Positions 51,300-63,399 of a stretch of DNA of 64,000 bases are shown piece by piece. The notes beneath the pieces were generated by a model. The model searched no databases and was not told the origin of the DNA. It saw only the letters and a list, made by a program, of their open reading frames with translations. Origin of the DNA: Vicugna vicugna (Eukaryota); assembly GCA_013265495.1 (NCBI GenBank), contig MU058153.1, positions 870,001 to 934,000 of the forward strand, read 5' to 3'. Both the position numbers and the translations under genes were made by a program. Position 1 is the stretch's first letter, and the number at the start of each line of letters is the position of its first letter.

Positions 51300-52472
51300 T
51301 TCTTTGATTAGGTATAAGCGATAAGTCTGCTCTATAGGAGGCGTTCCTCTGTTCATGAATTTCCAGTTTCTGTTCTTTTGGTTTGTCCTTTTGGAATATT
51401 GCACTTTTTTCACCATCATTCTTGGTTGCATCCAAAATGTACCTTGGAAAACATGCTCTCCTAGGAGAGATGAGCAGCTTTTTCAACCCACTTTCTACCC
51501 CAAGGGCCTTTTTAAAATGTCGAGCGTAAATCTTTGTCTCAAAGGCTTAGCTGATTCCTTGCTTATCCCTGTGCTGTTAGCTACTCTAGTGGTGCTTTTT
51601 AAGGCGTGTGACTTAGCTTTTGCCATATTTCTTTGGCTTCCTCTTCTTTCTCTCTCTAGGCTGAATCATGGGCACCCAGAGCTTATGAGGTTTCAGTGAG
51701 AGAAGAGCAGTCTTTGTCTCTAATTTCATAGCCACCGTGACCAGTTGAAATGAATTACAGGGCAGCTGAATCCCTACTCTGACTCCGTCGTCACTTCAGG
51801 GCTTTTAACAATGGGTGTGCTGGTCATGCTTTGATTGGATCCCTACTTACAGCCTGAGTTTTAATGAACTTTGCCCCTGAAGGTCTTCTTGTTTCTCTTG
51901 TTTTATATTTTTATGCTGCAAACCCTTGAATTCATGGACTGTCTTTAGTCTCTATAATTACTAATTATTAGTGGGTTGATTATTTTCTGAGTTCATGTCT
52001 TTTTCTTTTTTCCTAGGGGTTTGCTAAACATAAACACAGAGAATTAACATTCTAGGGTCTAATTTCTTCCCTAAAGATACAAGTTTATGAGTTCTATGGA
52101 ATAAGGTGACATCTTCACCAAATGCTTTGCTGTTACATAAGAGAGGTTACCATCTTTTCTGTTTCCTTTAATAATTTTCTATTTTTGTCTGCTACGCCAA
52201 GGTCACACATTATTCAGGACTGCTGGCTGAGAAACGTTTCATCTTTATGCTTCCATGTTTGCTGAAGGAGACAAACAGGAGCATCAGTATTGCACACTGA
52301 ATATTACCTCCTCCACCCAAAAGTGACCTATGTGATTTCCCCTTACATGTTAATGAACACAACAACATACGTGGCCATAATTAACTTCAGAGGGGTAGGG
52401 ATGTGCGATCCTACTACTTGCCTGCAGGAAAAACTAGACATTCTGAGTGAACAGTACTAGTGACTGCTACAT
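51300..52472 (-). mobile_element. Degenerate MaLR internal sequence plus MLT1J/K-like LTR end
   Basis: CACCAAATGCTTTGCTGTTACATAAGAGAGGTTACC resembles MaLR internal; TGAGTGAACAGTACTAGTGACTGCTACA resembles an old MLT1 terminus. Confidence 0.5.
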
Positions 52473-53683
52473 TCTCATTCCCATCCACACTTTATTTTTG
52501 AGAAGAATGCCAGGCTATATTTTCCAAGAGGGCAACACCATTTTTTTTATCGTATTTTTGCCTTGATAAAAATAAATAGGTACTCTGTAAACATTTGTTA
52601 AATTCAATGAACTGTCAGGAACTACCCAAAGGCAATAGCACTAAAGGCTCACTGAGTTTTGGACTTTTCTTAACCAATAGCAACTTTATTCTTCCTCAGT
52701 TGCAAATATCGTCACATGAGTCCTAAACACTGATCACACAGCTCTACAAAGATAATAGCTGGGGTTGCAGAAATAGCGTATTCAATCTTAGGACAACCAT
52801 CCTCGGTAAGGAGAGCAATCAGTCATTTTTCTAGGGGACAAATATATTCTCATTAAACAGTGTAAAATTTTCATTAAAAGGTACTCGTTATCTGTACTCC
52901 AAAAATCTGAAAACTGGAATCGTGTGGTGATGGGTTTGGGGAGGGAAGAAGGGAGAAAGAAATGAGAGGGACAGAGAAACAAAGAGGTTAATTTATTGTT
53001 CTTAAGTGTTGAATCACATATACCTACCCTTCTCTCCCCTGAAGTAAAAATAAAATTGCTTTGCAATGTACAAAACTGGTCTGCAAAATCCCTGATAATT
53101 AAGAGAATCCCCCAACTTTGAATTTGTTGTACCAAGTGAGAAGCTGAGCCATTTGTCTTCAGGAAGCAGTGGGTTTTAGGATGTTTGTACGGAGTAGCAC
53201 AGAATAGAGGATTCCAAGAATGCAGTTTTTGCTGGACCTACAACATACTGAACTGTATCCCCCTTAGAGCATCGGTGCTCATTTACAAAGATCCAGATTG
53301 TATTCGTTTTTCATTGCTGATGTAGTAAATGAAAACAAAGTTAGTGGCTTAAAACAATCAAGTTGATGTCTTGTAATTCTATATGCTGGAAGTCTGACCA
53401 CAGGTCTCCAATCCAGGTGTCAGGAGGACTGCGTCCCTTTCTGGAGGCTCTAGGGGAGGATCTGTTTCTTTGCTAATTAAAATTGAGTTTCTTGCAGTTG
53501 GAGGGCTGGGATCCCTGTTTCCTTGCTGGCTGTCAGCTCAGGGTCATTCTCAGCTCCCTGAGGCTATTCATGTTTCCTGGCTGGTGGTCTTCCCCACCTT
53601 TAAAGCCACTGACGGCAGGTCAAGTCCTTCCCACACTCTGAATCTCTCCAGCCCATTCTTCTGCCTTTCTCTTCCACTTTTAA

Positions 53684-54235
53684 TTATTTGTTTCATCTTT
53701 TTGTTGTTGTTGTTATATGTCTTCTCACGTTGAGAACGTAACTGTTATGATGAACGGCTATTTTATGTACTGAAGTGATTAAGGATACATGATTTTTCTT
53801 GATAAAATCTAGTTTTTAAGTTTTCTTGTTTCTATTAGGATTTTTTTTTCCTGTCTGGGAAATACTATCATCCTCTAAGTTTAGATAGATGCTTTTTTTG
53901 GTTTTCTTCCAGTGGTTTAGGATTTTAGCCTTTATGAATAAGTCTTTGATTTGTATGTATGGTATGAGATATGAATACTGTGTTTGTTATCATACATGTA
54001 GTACTGTGTTTTTTCCAGCATACTTTTTTGAAAGGCTTTTCTCTTCTCTATTGAATAGCCTTAACATTTTTGTCAAAAACCAATTAACTGTATACCTATG
54101 GGACTATATGTAGATTCTCTATTCTGCTCCATTGATTTATTTTTCTATCTTTATGTCAATATCTCAATCAACCATTTGATTAATATAGCTGTATAAGTTT
54201 GGAGAGCAGCTATGTGATTCCTATAACTTGGTTCT
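53684..54235 (-). mobile_element. Highly diverged L1M ORF2 3'-region fragment
   Basis: TTTGTCAAAAACCAATTAACTGTATA...TTCTCTATTCTGCTCCATTGATTTAT antisense L1 signature. Confidence 0.75.
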
Positions 54236-54663
54236 TTTGTTTTTAAATTGAAGTATAGTAGTTTACAGTGTTGTGTCAATTTCTGGTGCATAGCATAATA
54301 GTTCTGTCATACATATACGGACTTACATTTGTTTTCATATTATTTTTCATTATATGTTACTACAAGATGCTGAATATGGTTTCCTGTACTATACAGTATA
54401 AACTTGTTTATTTATATTATGTATAATAGTACCTGAAAATCTTGAACTCCCCATTTATCCTTTTCCACCCTCTTCCCCGCCTGGTAACCATAGGTTTGTT
54501 TTCTGTGTCTGTGAGTCTGTTTCTGTTTTGTAAATAAGTTCATTTGGCCTTTTTTTTTTTTTTTTGGATTCCACATATAAGTGATATCATATCACCCTGA
54601 TACCTAAGCCAGACAAAGAAACTACCAAAAAAGAAAACTCTAAGCCAATAGTGTTGATGAGCG
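54236..54663 (-). mobile_element. Young L1 3' end (54236-54592) with a short inverted RT-domain piece (54591-54663)
   Basis: Minus-strand L1 tail up to CCACATATAAGTGATATCATAT, then plus-strand ATCACCCTGATACCTAAGCCAGACAAAG... encoding ITLIPKPDKETTKKENSKPIVLMS. Confidence 0.88.
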
Positions 54664-55269
54664 TAAGGATTCATTTAATTAGATTGGACCCGTCTGGATA
54701 ATCCAAGATTATATCCTCATTTCAAGGTTTTTAACTTAAATCATATCTGCTAAATAAATAAATAAATAAATGAAACCCTTTTCCATATAATGTAACAAAT
54801 TAGGACATGGACATTTGGGAGGTTGCATTTTTCTGCCTACCACCGAGGTCTAAGTGTCATATCCACGTGTGGGCTTCTCTGAGATAAATGAATGAACAGA
54901 ATCATCAGAGTTTCCTGTGAGAAGTAAACTGGAAGCTAGCCATTAATGGATTTGGAAAAACCTAAATGCAGTTCATTGTATCAACATGTGGGAAACACTG
55001 GTATACCTTTCTCAAGACAAAAATATATAACATTTATTATGCTTAGCTCAGAACTGTTCCTACCTGAAGCCCCATAAACAATGCACTGAGGGGCATGCAA
55101 CGAAGATGCTATCTCATTAGTTCAGGAATGTGAAAGTACTTTGTGGGCCCAGAAATAATTATAAAAAGTAAAATGTTCTCCTTTAACATTTTCACTATGT
55201 TATGATTCTGAACGTGTGACCGTATCTGCTGAACGGGTCCTACAAATATGAATACAAATATGGACATGT

Positions 55270-55350
55270 GATTAAACTTGGCAGAAGTGGATTTAATTAA
55301 CCTGGAGAAGAGAAAAATCAAGGAGTATTTGAAAGATGTCTTTATTTTAA
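55270..55350 (+). mobile_element. Possible CR1/L3 relic
   Basis: TTAACCTGGAGAAGAGAAAAATCAAGGAG resembles CR1 AGCCTGGAGAAGAGAAGGCTCAGGG. Confidence 0.35.
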
Positions 55351-55834
55351 TAAGGGGGCAATATAGGAATGATAATTAGCAATGTTCTTTGCATTCTTTG
55401 GGATTGAAGTGGTCCAAAGTGAATGCTTGCTTCCAGGATACTGATTTCTGTTCAACACAAGGAAGATTTTCTAGTAATCTGAGCAGTCTAAAAGTGCAGG
55501 AGACTGCATCATAAAACTGTAAAGGTCCTGTCACTAGAGGTCAGCCAGCAGTGGTGCATGAGCCCTTTGCAGGGGTGTTTTGGATAGGGCTTTAAGCACT
55601 AAAGAGATGGCTTATACACAATTTTTAGTAAAGTGGTCATTTTTTTCCAAATCAAATTCTCCAAGTCTTAGTCTGACAATATTTCTGTCTAGCTTCTTAT
55701 GTCTTTCAAACATGTGAAAATTAAATGTGAAGTTGTTTGAAATAAACTAAATACCATTATTGAAAAGGATAACATCTACGTGAAATGTGCATATTTCTAT
55801 GTAGTAATGATTAGAAACATATCAGCTTATTACT

Positions 55835-56330
55835 GCACACTGTTCATTTGTTAATATTTGTTTTATGTGAAGCATTCTCCCAGCGTTGCGTTTGGTTTTG
55901 AGGATACAGGCAGGCCTAGATTTCACAAAACTTACGGATTGATGGGGGAGGCAGAGGGTAAACTAATGAGCAAATGAACAAAATCATTTATCACAGATTA
56001 TGTTATAAAGAAGGTAAGCAGGATGGTGGGTTAAAAAGAATAACAGAAAGACCAGTTTAAATAAGGTAATTAGGGAAGAATTTTCAGAGGAGCTGACATT
56101 TAAACTGAATGTGAAGTGTAGGAAGGGGCCAGCCCCTTTACATAACCTTATGAGTTATTAATCCTTTCAATAACCCTATGAATTGAGAACTATTATTGTC
56201 TTAATTTCATAGAGGAAGAAACTGAGACTTAGCTAAGATTTACCTGCACAAGTTTAAATGCTAAAGCATGGTAAAGCTGTAAAATCCCTGTTGGAGCTGG
56301 AATCCATGAACTTTAGTTTTTAGGCCCCTT
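55835..56330 (-). mobile_element. L2 fragment (~55835-56135) followed by MIR (~56140-56330)
   Basis: TAGGGAAGAATTTTCAGAGGAGCTGACATTTAAACTGA; TTTCATAGAGGAAGAAACTGAGACTTAG. Confidence 0.65.
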
Positions 56331-57910
56331 CTGACCGAGTTTCTGTGACTGAAACTGACTAGTACGACTTGGATAGAGTGAACACGGGGACACGCTAGTC
56401 CCTCTCTGTAGGGCCAGTGATTTACGAGTAGCTTGAAGAATGCTAAACTTCCATGAAAGAGTTAGAATATTGTGACTCAGGAATATATCCTAAACCAGGT
56501 GAAACTGGTGACAGTTCTTTTTGTTTGTTTGTTTGTTTTTTGGACATCGATTGTGGTAGATGCAAAGACAAAAATTGGTGGAAGAGAATTTCCCAGTTGA
56601 CTTTGATGCCATTTGGACATTGTTGATGTATTATATGTACATTGGTCTAAAAAAAGAAATTCAGGGATTCAGGAGGACTGTACCCATTGAAGACAAATAG
56701 TGCCTTATCTTGGGTCTAACTCATCACTGAGGGTAGGGCTATGTCAGGAGGCAGAGCAGGATGTGGTACTACTGTGTAACTGCTACTGTGTAACATTGCG
56801 GGCAGCCACTGCATTTCTCCAAACTCAGTTTCCTCTTCATGCTCAAAGGCTTTCTGACAATGTTAGTGACAAATCTGTAAAAGCCAATCTCTTCTTCATA
56901 TTTAAAAAGTTAGTGGAAGCAAAGATGTAAGTTCAAGATTCATGCAAAAATGGAACTCCAGGGAAGAATGCCATCTTCAGAGACACTTGCTTAAAGGGAA
57001 CATAATGCACCTTGTAGACAGTTCTAGAAAATACTGTTGGTATAAATTCCCCCCAAATAGAAAGTAGATAAATTGTTAACTTTACAAATAGATTTCTTTT
57101 TCTCTTTTGAATGTTTGCCTACAATTCTTCAAATTTGTCTATGCCTTAATGCCAGCATTATATATTTATTTGGCAAACATCCACTCTCTTTTTAAATTCA
57201 GAACACCCGCCCACCCACACACACACTAGCATTAATTTGAGTTTGAGAAGGCTGTGTATATACCATTAACACGTACATCCTCATAATAAAAATTTACAAA
57301 AGCTTATTTTACATTAGGGGATGAAAGAGCTGTGTCCCAGATCACACTTGTCCTTATGCAGAAGCTCACTGGAAATTCTTACTGAAGGATAAAACTCTTG
57401 AAAGGGCTTCTGATCTACCAATCATACAAGATTAATGTTATCTTCATATATTCAGCATACTGATATTGAGTTATTTCTATGAGCCAGGCATTGTCCCAGG
57501 CATGTGGAATCCAAAACAGACATAAGGCATTGTTGCTCTGCTCAATAAACAAGAGTTTTGATATGCAAAGTATGTCAAGCTCACACTGATTTTGTTATTG
57601 CAATGGTATTTGATAATGCAAATATTGAGCATCTACTTTGGGTGTAACTGTGAGGCAAGGGCTTTGCACATGTTACTCAAGCCTACCCTATTTCACTATG
57701 CCAAAAAGCATTACTTATTTTATATAAATTATATCAATGGTGGCCCCTTGAATTATAGAATGTGATGGTTCTCATTGGATCTGAATGATGCTGAAGCTAC
57801 AATGATAATATTACCCTGTGAAGTCTATTGCTATAATACTATAAGCAGATAATTCATGATTACCTCTAGTTTTTTTATAAGTGGAAGTCATATATTAGAA
57901 GTCATTTAAA

Positions 57911-58088
57911 GGGGGAGGGTGTAGCTCAGTGACAGAGTGTGTGCTTAGCATGCATGAGGTCCTGGGTTCAATCCCCAGCACCTCCATCAAAAATAAATAA
58001 ATAAACCTAATTACCTCTCTTCCTCCAAAAAACCTCAGACAGCAACAAAAAGTAATAAAATTGAAAAAAGCAAAAAAAAAAAAAGAAC
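57911..58088 (+). mobile_element. tRNA-Ala(AGC)-derived SINE (camelid Vic-1 type)
   Basis: Head GGGGGAGGGTGTAGCTCAGTGACAGAGTGTGTGCTTAGCATGCATGAGGTCCTGGGTTCAATCCCCAGCACCTCCA (decayed A box, B box GGTTCAATCC), then AAATAAATAAACCTAATTACCTC and an A-tail; degenerate TSD AGAAGTCATTTAAA / AGAAAGCAGTTTAAA. Confidence 0.88.
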
Positions 58089-60129
58089 AGAAAGCAGTTT
58101 AAACATTTTTAAAAAAGTTATTTATATCATTTATCTTAGGAGAAAAATAATGCCTTGCAACAGCTCTCAGTACTAGGTATATGCACAAACTACAGATCCA
58201 GCCACTTTTTAAAAGCTGAACATTCACAGGTTGAGAGGCCATGCAGAATTTTTGCTTAACCTTCTCCTTATAGAGAGCCACCCAAGATGTCTTGCAGGAA
58301 TAATCTGTCTAAGGTACAGCTACATGTTTCTGTTTTTGTTTTTTTTTTTCCTAGCCACATTATGGAGATAAGGAAAAACACCACCACCTGATGACAGGAT
58401 TAGAGCTATGACCCCAAAGTTTTAGAATTTAAATGTGAAAATTTTACCTCCTATTGAATGAGAAAAAAACATACATATGTCAAGGTCAATTGGGTTTTTT
58501 GTCTGAACAGTGACATTCATCAACTCTTTATTTTTGTCTAGCACAAGGAAAGAGTATTTTTATGTAGCTATAGTAAAAGTTTATGTAAATATATATTTAA
58601 TGATGACAAACATCAGTAGAGCAGAGGGGCAGAAGTTAAAAGGAGCTAAGACATGAAAAATTTAAAGCAGTGGATTTGGATGTCATCAATCACAATTTAC
58701 GTTCTAGAAGGGGAGATAGACTGTGCATTACTAGTCTTACTATACCAACATTCTCAGATTTGCCACCCACACAGTTTACACCTTTGAATATACCCAAGAT
58801 AGTTCATTAATTCTAAGTTTCTTTTTAATGTTTAATACTTAATGGAGAGAAGCTGTGATAGCTCAAAAAAAAAAAAGTAAGAAAAGTTGGTGCTGATGAT
58901 GATTCTGCAAAGAAAACTCATCTTTATTTAAATACAGATTAAAATAAGGACTATGTGCTACTAGAGTGTTAATGTAGTTATTTAGCAGAAAGAAAGAGAA
59001 TGCCAGCTTAATGTGTCCATCGGCTTTGTACTTTTTTTTGATACAGTTGTGTTATTTTGTTTCAGGACCATAATTTTGCCTTCCTGCTGCTCCTTTCCCC
59101 ACCTTAATACCCCAGCCAAGCTGGATGCAAATGTTCTAGTTTGTGTGAACAAGCTGGATAAATGTTACTGGAGTAAATTTGTTACCACTCCAGGAAAACA
59201 TCTCAAAGCATGTACCATGGTGGGTTGGTAGGCCAGTGATTAGACAGGTATAAATTTTTACTGTTGTAACTCTTATGAAATAAACCATAAGATATAGTTG
59301 GAAAATACTGGAAATACTATATTGTATTTAGTTTTCCTCTAAGAAATGGCTTAATTGGTTTTGTCTACTGCAATTACCTAAATTCATCTAATGGACTTGA
59401 TATACAGATTTCATGATGCTCTTAAAAATCACACTTATAAATTCATGAATATGAATATCAACCAGTGTTTTACCTTCAAATTAAGGTTGATTAAATGTCT
59501 TAAATAGCTGTCATTTAAAAAAAAATTCTTTCTGAATTTTAATGAACATATCTTATTAAGCCCTAGGATTCCCATGATTTTTAGACCTCATATCAAATGG
59601 GATTGACTACATTTTTCTTGAATTGCTTCATATGTGTGAGTTGTATTTCCATAAGATTAAAGTTTTCTTAATAATACTCTAGGTCTTTTTCATCTCTATA
59701 TTCTTCTCATCAAATTCTTCTTGCTTCCTAAGCCTCTCCTGTTTCTCTTGGGTATTGCATAGAATGAAATAGATGCTCCATATATACTTTATGAATTAAA
59801 TAATGCTATTTTCGATCTCCTGTAGCACCCATAGCAGCCTAGATTATACAGAAGGAACACAGTAAATTCCCATTGATCAATGATAGATAGGTCCTGAACC
59901 TATGTGTGAGAATCTTAGCCTCCACACAGTCACATCAGTATTCTTACCAGATTGTGCAACACTTTTTAAAAAAAAAAAAAAAAAAGGTCTCATTTTGATT
60001 CTTAATATTGTGTGACTCAAAGATGATCTTATTTCTGAATATTGAAGTACAATTATAAAAGGAAGGAAATAAGAAATGAAGAGAATTCCCCACGGTGATT
60101 TAAAATAAGAGTTGGGTGTTAAATTGCCT

Positions 60130-60365
60130 GATCTTAATCAAGGCAGGTGGGCAGAGTGCAAAGGGGTTGTTTTCTGAGATCCTAAAAACATGGTTCAAGT
60201 ATGACTCCTCAATACCTTTGTGAATTTGGCAAGTCATTGACCTTTCTGAGGTTCAGTTGTCTCCTTTCAACAAAAGTATAGTAATTAAATATGCTATGCG
60301 GGATGGTTCTGAGAATTAAAGAAACTGCCCTGTATAGAAAGCCTGTAAAGAATGCTTCACAAAGA
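60130..60365 (+). mobile_element. MIR SINE
   Basis: TTGTGAATTTGGCAAGTCATTGACCTTTCTGAGGTTCAGTT...GGTTCTGAGAATTAAA. Confidence 0.65.
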
Positions 60366-61079
60366 CGGAAGAAGGTCAAAAGCTGTGAACTTCAGGTTTC
60401 CTCTCACTCGGTTACACTTGCATAATACAATTGGCAAAGAAAAGTTAGTAACTTACTGAAACCGGATACATGGGGCTGGGATATACATTTCATTAATAGA
60501 AAAAAAAGCATTGGGCTATGTTGGAAATTTCTGTGGATACACCACCTAAACGCATGGGCTAAGTCATTTGAAAATTCTCATTGTGTTAACTGCTTGATTG
60601 CCATGTTTTGTTTGTCTGCTTTTTGTTGTTTTAATAGCCATCTTTTCACTATTTTTCATCCTTTTCAGTGTAGACTTACATGATCATTATGTGAAAGTGA
60701 ATTTCCAAATATTGTCTGATGACGCCTATACCAAGGTAAATTCAGTGAATGCAAGCTATAATTCATCAACTCAATGGTTAAAACCACAACCTAAAATATA
60801 AAACAAATAACATTTTATATAAACAAGAATTGATTCAAAAATGGATAATGTATAGCTTATCCATTGTTGACAAAAGTTTCTCATTTAAAGGAGGAAAGAA
60901 AGCAAGATGCTATATTCAACTCCAAAGGTTCAATGGTGATGTTATAAGAATGTTTACATTAATGTCTACTATATAATATAAAGTAAAAGACACCTTACAA
61001 AGTGTTAGTTGGTCCATATGTTACCTCATTTGCATTAATTGCTAGTACGGGTGTAATGTCAGAGGCAAAATTACGCTCT

Positions 61080-61195
61080 GTTCTGCCTTTCTCACCTCCT
61101 AGTTGTACATTCCCTCAATGGCATGGTACTGCTCCCATAATGCCCAGCACTGTACTTTACTAGGAGTTCAATAAATGTTTGTTGAATTGAATCAC
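61080..61195 (+). mobile_element. L2 3' tail
   Basis: TGCCCAGCACTGTAC...TAGGAGTTCAATAAATGTTTGTTGAATTGAAT. Confidence 0.7.
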
Positions 61196-63366
61196 CACAT
61201 TAACATGTAAACTGTGAGATCGCAGAGTTTACAGCCAGTAAATCTTATTTTAAAAATCTAGGTTTACACAAGTTTGCATATTATGTAGAAAATGAACAAA
61301 TTAAGCTTAAATCCAGTGCCTAATTTATATGCATTTCCATAAATTCATTTTAATAGTTTGAAGGGTTACCACTGACCAACAAGTTGGATAGGACACTAAG
61401 ATGACCTAATTCCTTTTAGGGGAATTGATAATTTTTTAGAAGATTGCCCAGATTTTTGTTTAGTTAACAATTAACATTTTTTTTCCAGATATACCTTCTT
61501 TGGAGATTTTTATTTAGGGTTATTCATTCACCAGTTTTTGAGCCCTATTGCTTTGTTGACTTCATGTGCTTGGTTTGACAGACACTGTTGGATGCTTCTT
61601 TGATAAGTAAAACTGATCAGGCCTTGCGAGTAAAGGATGATAACAAGTCACTGAAGCAGTTTAAAGATTTACCTCTTTGTCAAATTGTTGTTTTATTAAA
61701 TAGTCACATTTCATTCAAGAAAGAGAACATGCTTGTGGCTTGTGGCATCCCAACCTTAGGCACCTTTTGTTTCGAGAAGCTCAGATCAGCCTGTTGTAGG
61801 AATTGGCCTCTTGTCAATTTAAAGAGAAATCAAGCTGGCTTCTTCACAATTTCTTCTACCTTCATTCTCATTTGTCTATCCAAGTAGGGCAGTGCTATAA
61901 ATCTTCGTGTAAAGTCTCAGAAAGAAATATCCAGTGTGATGTTTATAAACCATGGTCCCTAGTCAGTATGCAAAAAACAAACAAACCAAGGGTGCCTTGC
62001 TTTTTCTAATGCAGTGCCCCTAAATTGAAGTTATGTGCCTGATCAGGTAAAAGCAATAGCTATGTTTCATATTTCATAGCATCCTTATCCTAGCTTCTTA
62101 TATCTACTCAAGTAAGTTTAAGTGAAAGATATTGAAATTATTTAACAGGATGAGATGTAGCAAGATATTTTTGACAGGGTTTCCAAAGAAACCACAAAAC
62201 AATAACGCGGTGAATCCTGATTTTAGAACAAATTCAACTTCTAGATAATTTGTGAAGCAACATTGATATTTAGGAACTTAAAAAAATTTTTAAGGAAAAC
62301 CCACAGCTCAGTTTCCAATCAGTCAAGACGTTGAAAAATGTATTTCTGTTGGGAACAAAGAAAGAATGGGGCTCAGTGCAAAAAGAAGAAGCTGTAGAGA
62401 GGAGGACTTGGATCTAAGGCTACACTCTTCCAAGGTGTTCAGTTGATGAAGTCTTTGTCTTGCAGTCACCGAGCTTCGTTCTGTGTTTCTGTGATCACAA
62501 TGCAGTTTTTACACTCTGCAATTATCTTTAATTGTAAGGATACGCAACCCCTTATTAAGCTAAAAGGAAGATAGTAGCTGTGCATTTTAAAGAACTTATG
62601 AACTCCAGTAGCCTGTTTTGGGTTCTGAATGATTCTGACACCCTCTTGAATAGTGAGTGCCCCCATTTTGTCCCTTGTTTTTGATGAGTTTCTTAAAGCA
62701 AAAAATGCTGGGGACATTCTCTTAATAACTTGCCTCACTGCAGCGTGGTTAGCAGAGATGCATCTGAAGGTGAGCCGCTCCTACATGTCCAGCGGGAGGG
62801 AAAGGTAACTTACACCACAGGTGCTACTTATCTGAGCAGAAAGATGAAGAGAGTTCTCTAACACCTCCCTCTGTATCAGTGACTGTGGTTTCAGCCAAAG
62901 ACCTTGAATTGTCTGATGGAAGATGTTACTTGATTCTGAAAAGATAGTTCAGTTGATAGCATATAAGCCACTGATGTATTTGTGTACATCTGTGTTTGTC
63001 AGCCTGGAAAACAGCCCCCCGAACAACACGTACACACACATGCAAACCACCACCACCACCTCATCACCGTTATATATTGGAACCCTGTCATTCCAGGTCC
63101 CGCTCAAGGACAACTGTTTTAGTGGAGCTGTTTTTGTTTGCTCCTCTGCTCACTCCACATGTCAAAATGAATCACTCCTTTCACTAGTATTGCCTTAATG
63201 CAATGTTTGTAACGCTATTTAGCCTATATTTTATTCTGCCTCATATCATTATAAGATATTCACATGGCTGTTACCCCTAACAGCTTGTAAATACCCTGAA
63301 AGCAAGTAATAATGGTTTTTACTCTTTGTGCTTTCTTCCCAGTGAGTGAATAATATATACAGACAG

Positions 63367-63367
<1 letters not shown>

Positions 63368-63398
<31 letters not shown>
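63368..63398. repeat. (CA)n microsatellite
   Basis: Directly visible. Confidence 0.95.

Positions 63399-63399
<1 letters not shown>

Larger units (their letters stand above)
53299..54844 (-). mobile_element. MaLR LTR (MLT1D/E-like) split at 53683/54664 by an L1-derived block
   Basis: Left half ends CTCTTCCACTTTTAA; right half resumes TAAGGATTCATTTAATTAGATTGGACCC...TTCTGCCTACCAC, continuous with the recalled MLT1 consensus. Confidence 0.85.

Noticed and set aside
57911..57986. Functional tRNA-Ala gene
   Set aside because: Altered 5' end and D-loop, no oligo-T terminator, followed by a SINE tail, poly(A) and TSD.
62743..62775. 26-nt microexon candidate (CTGCAG|...GAAG|GTGAGC)
   Set aside because: Short pyrimidine tract, length not a multiple of 3, no partner coding exons found.
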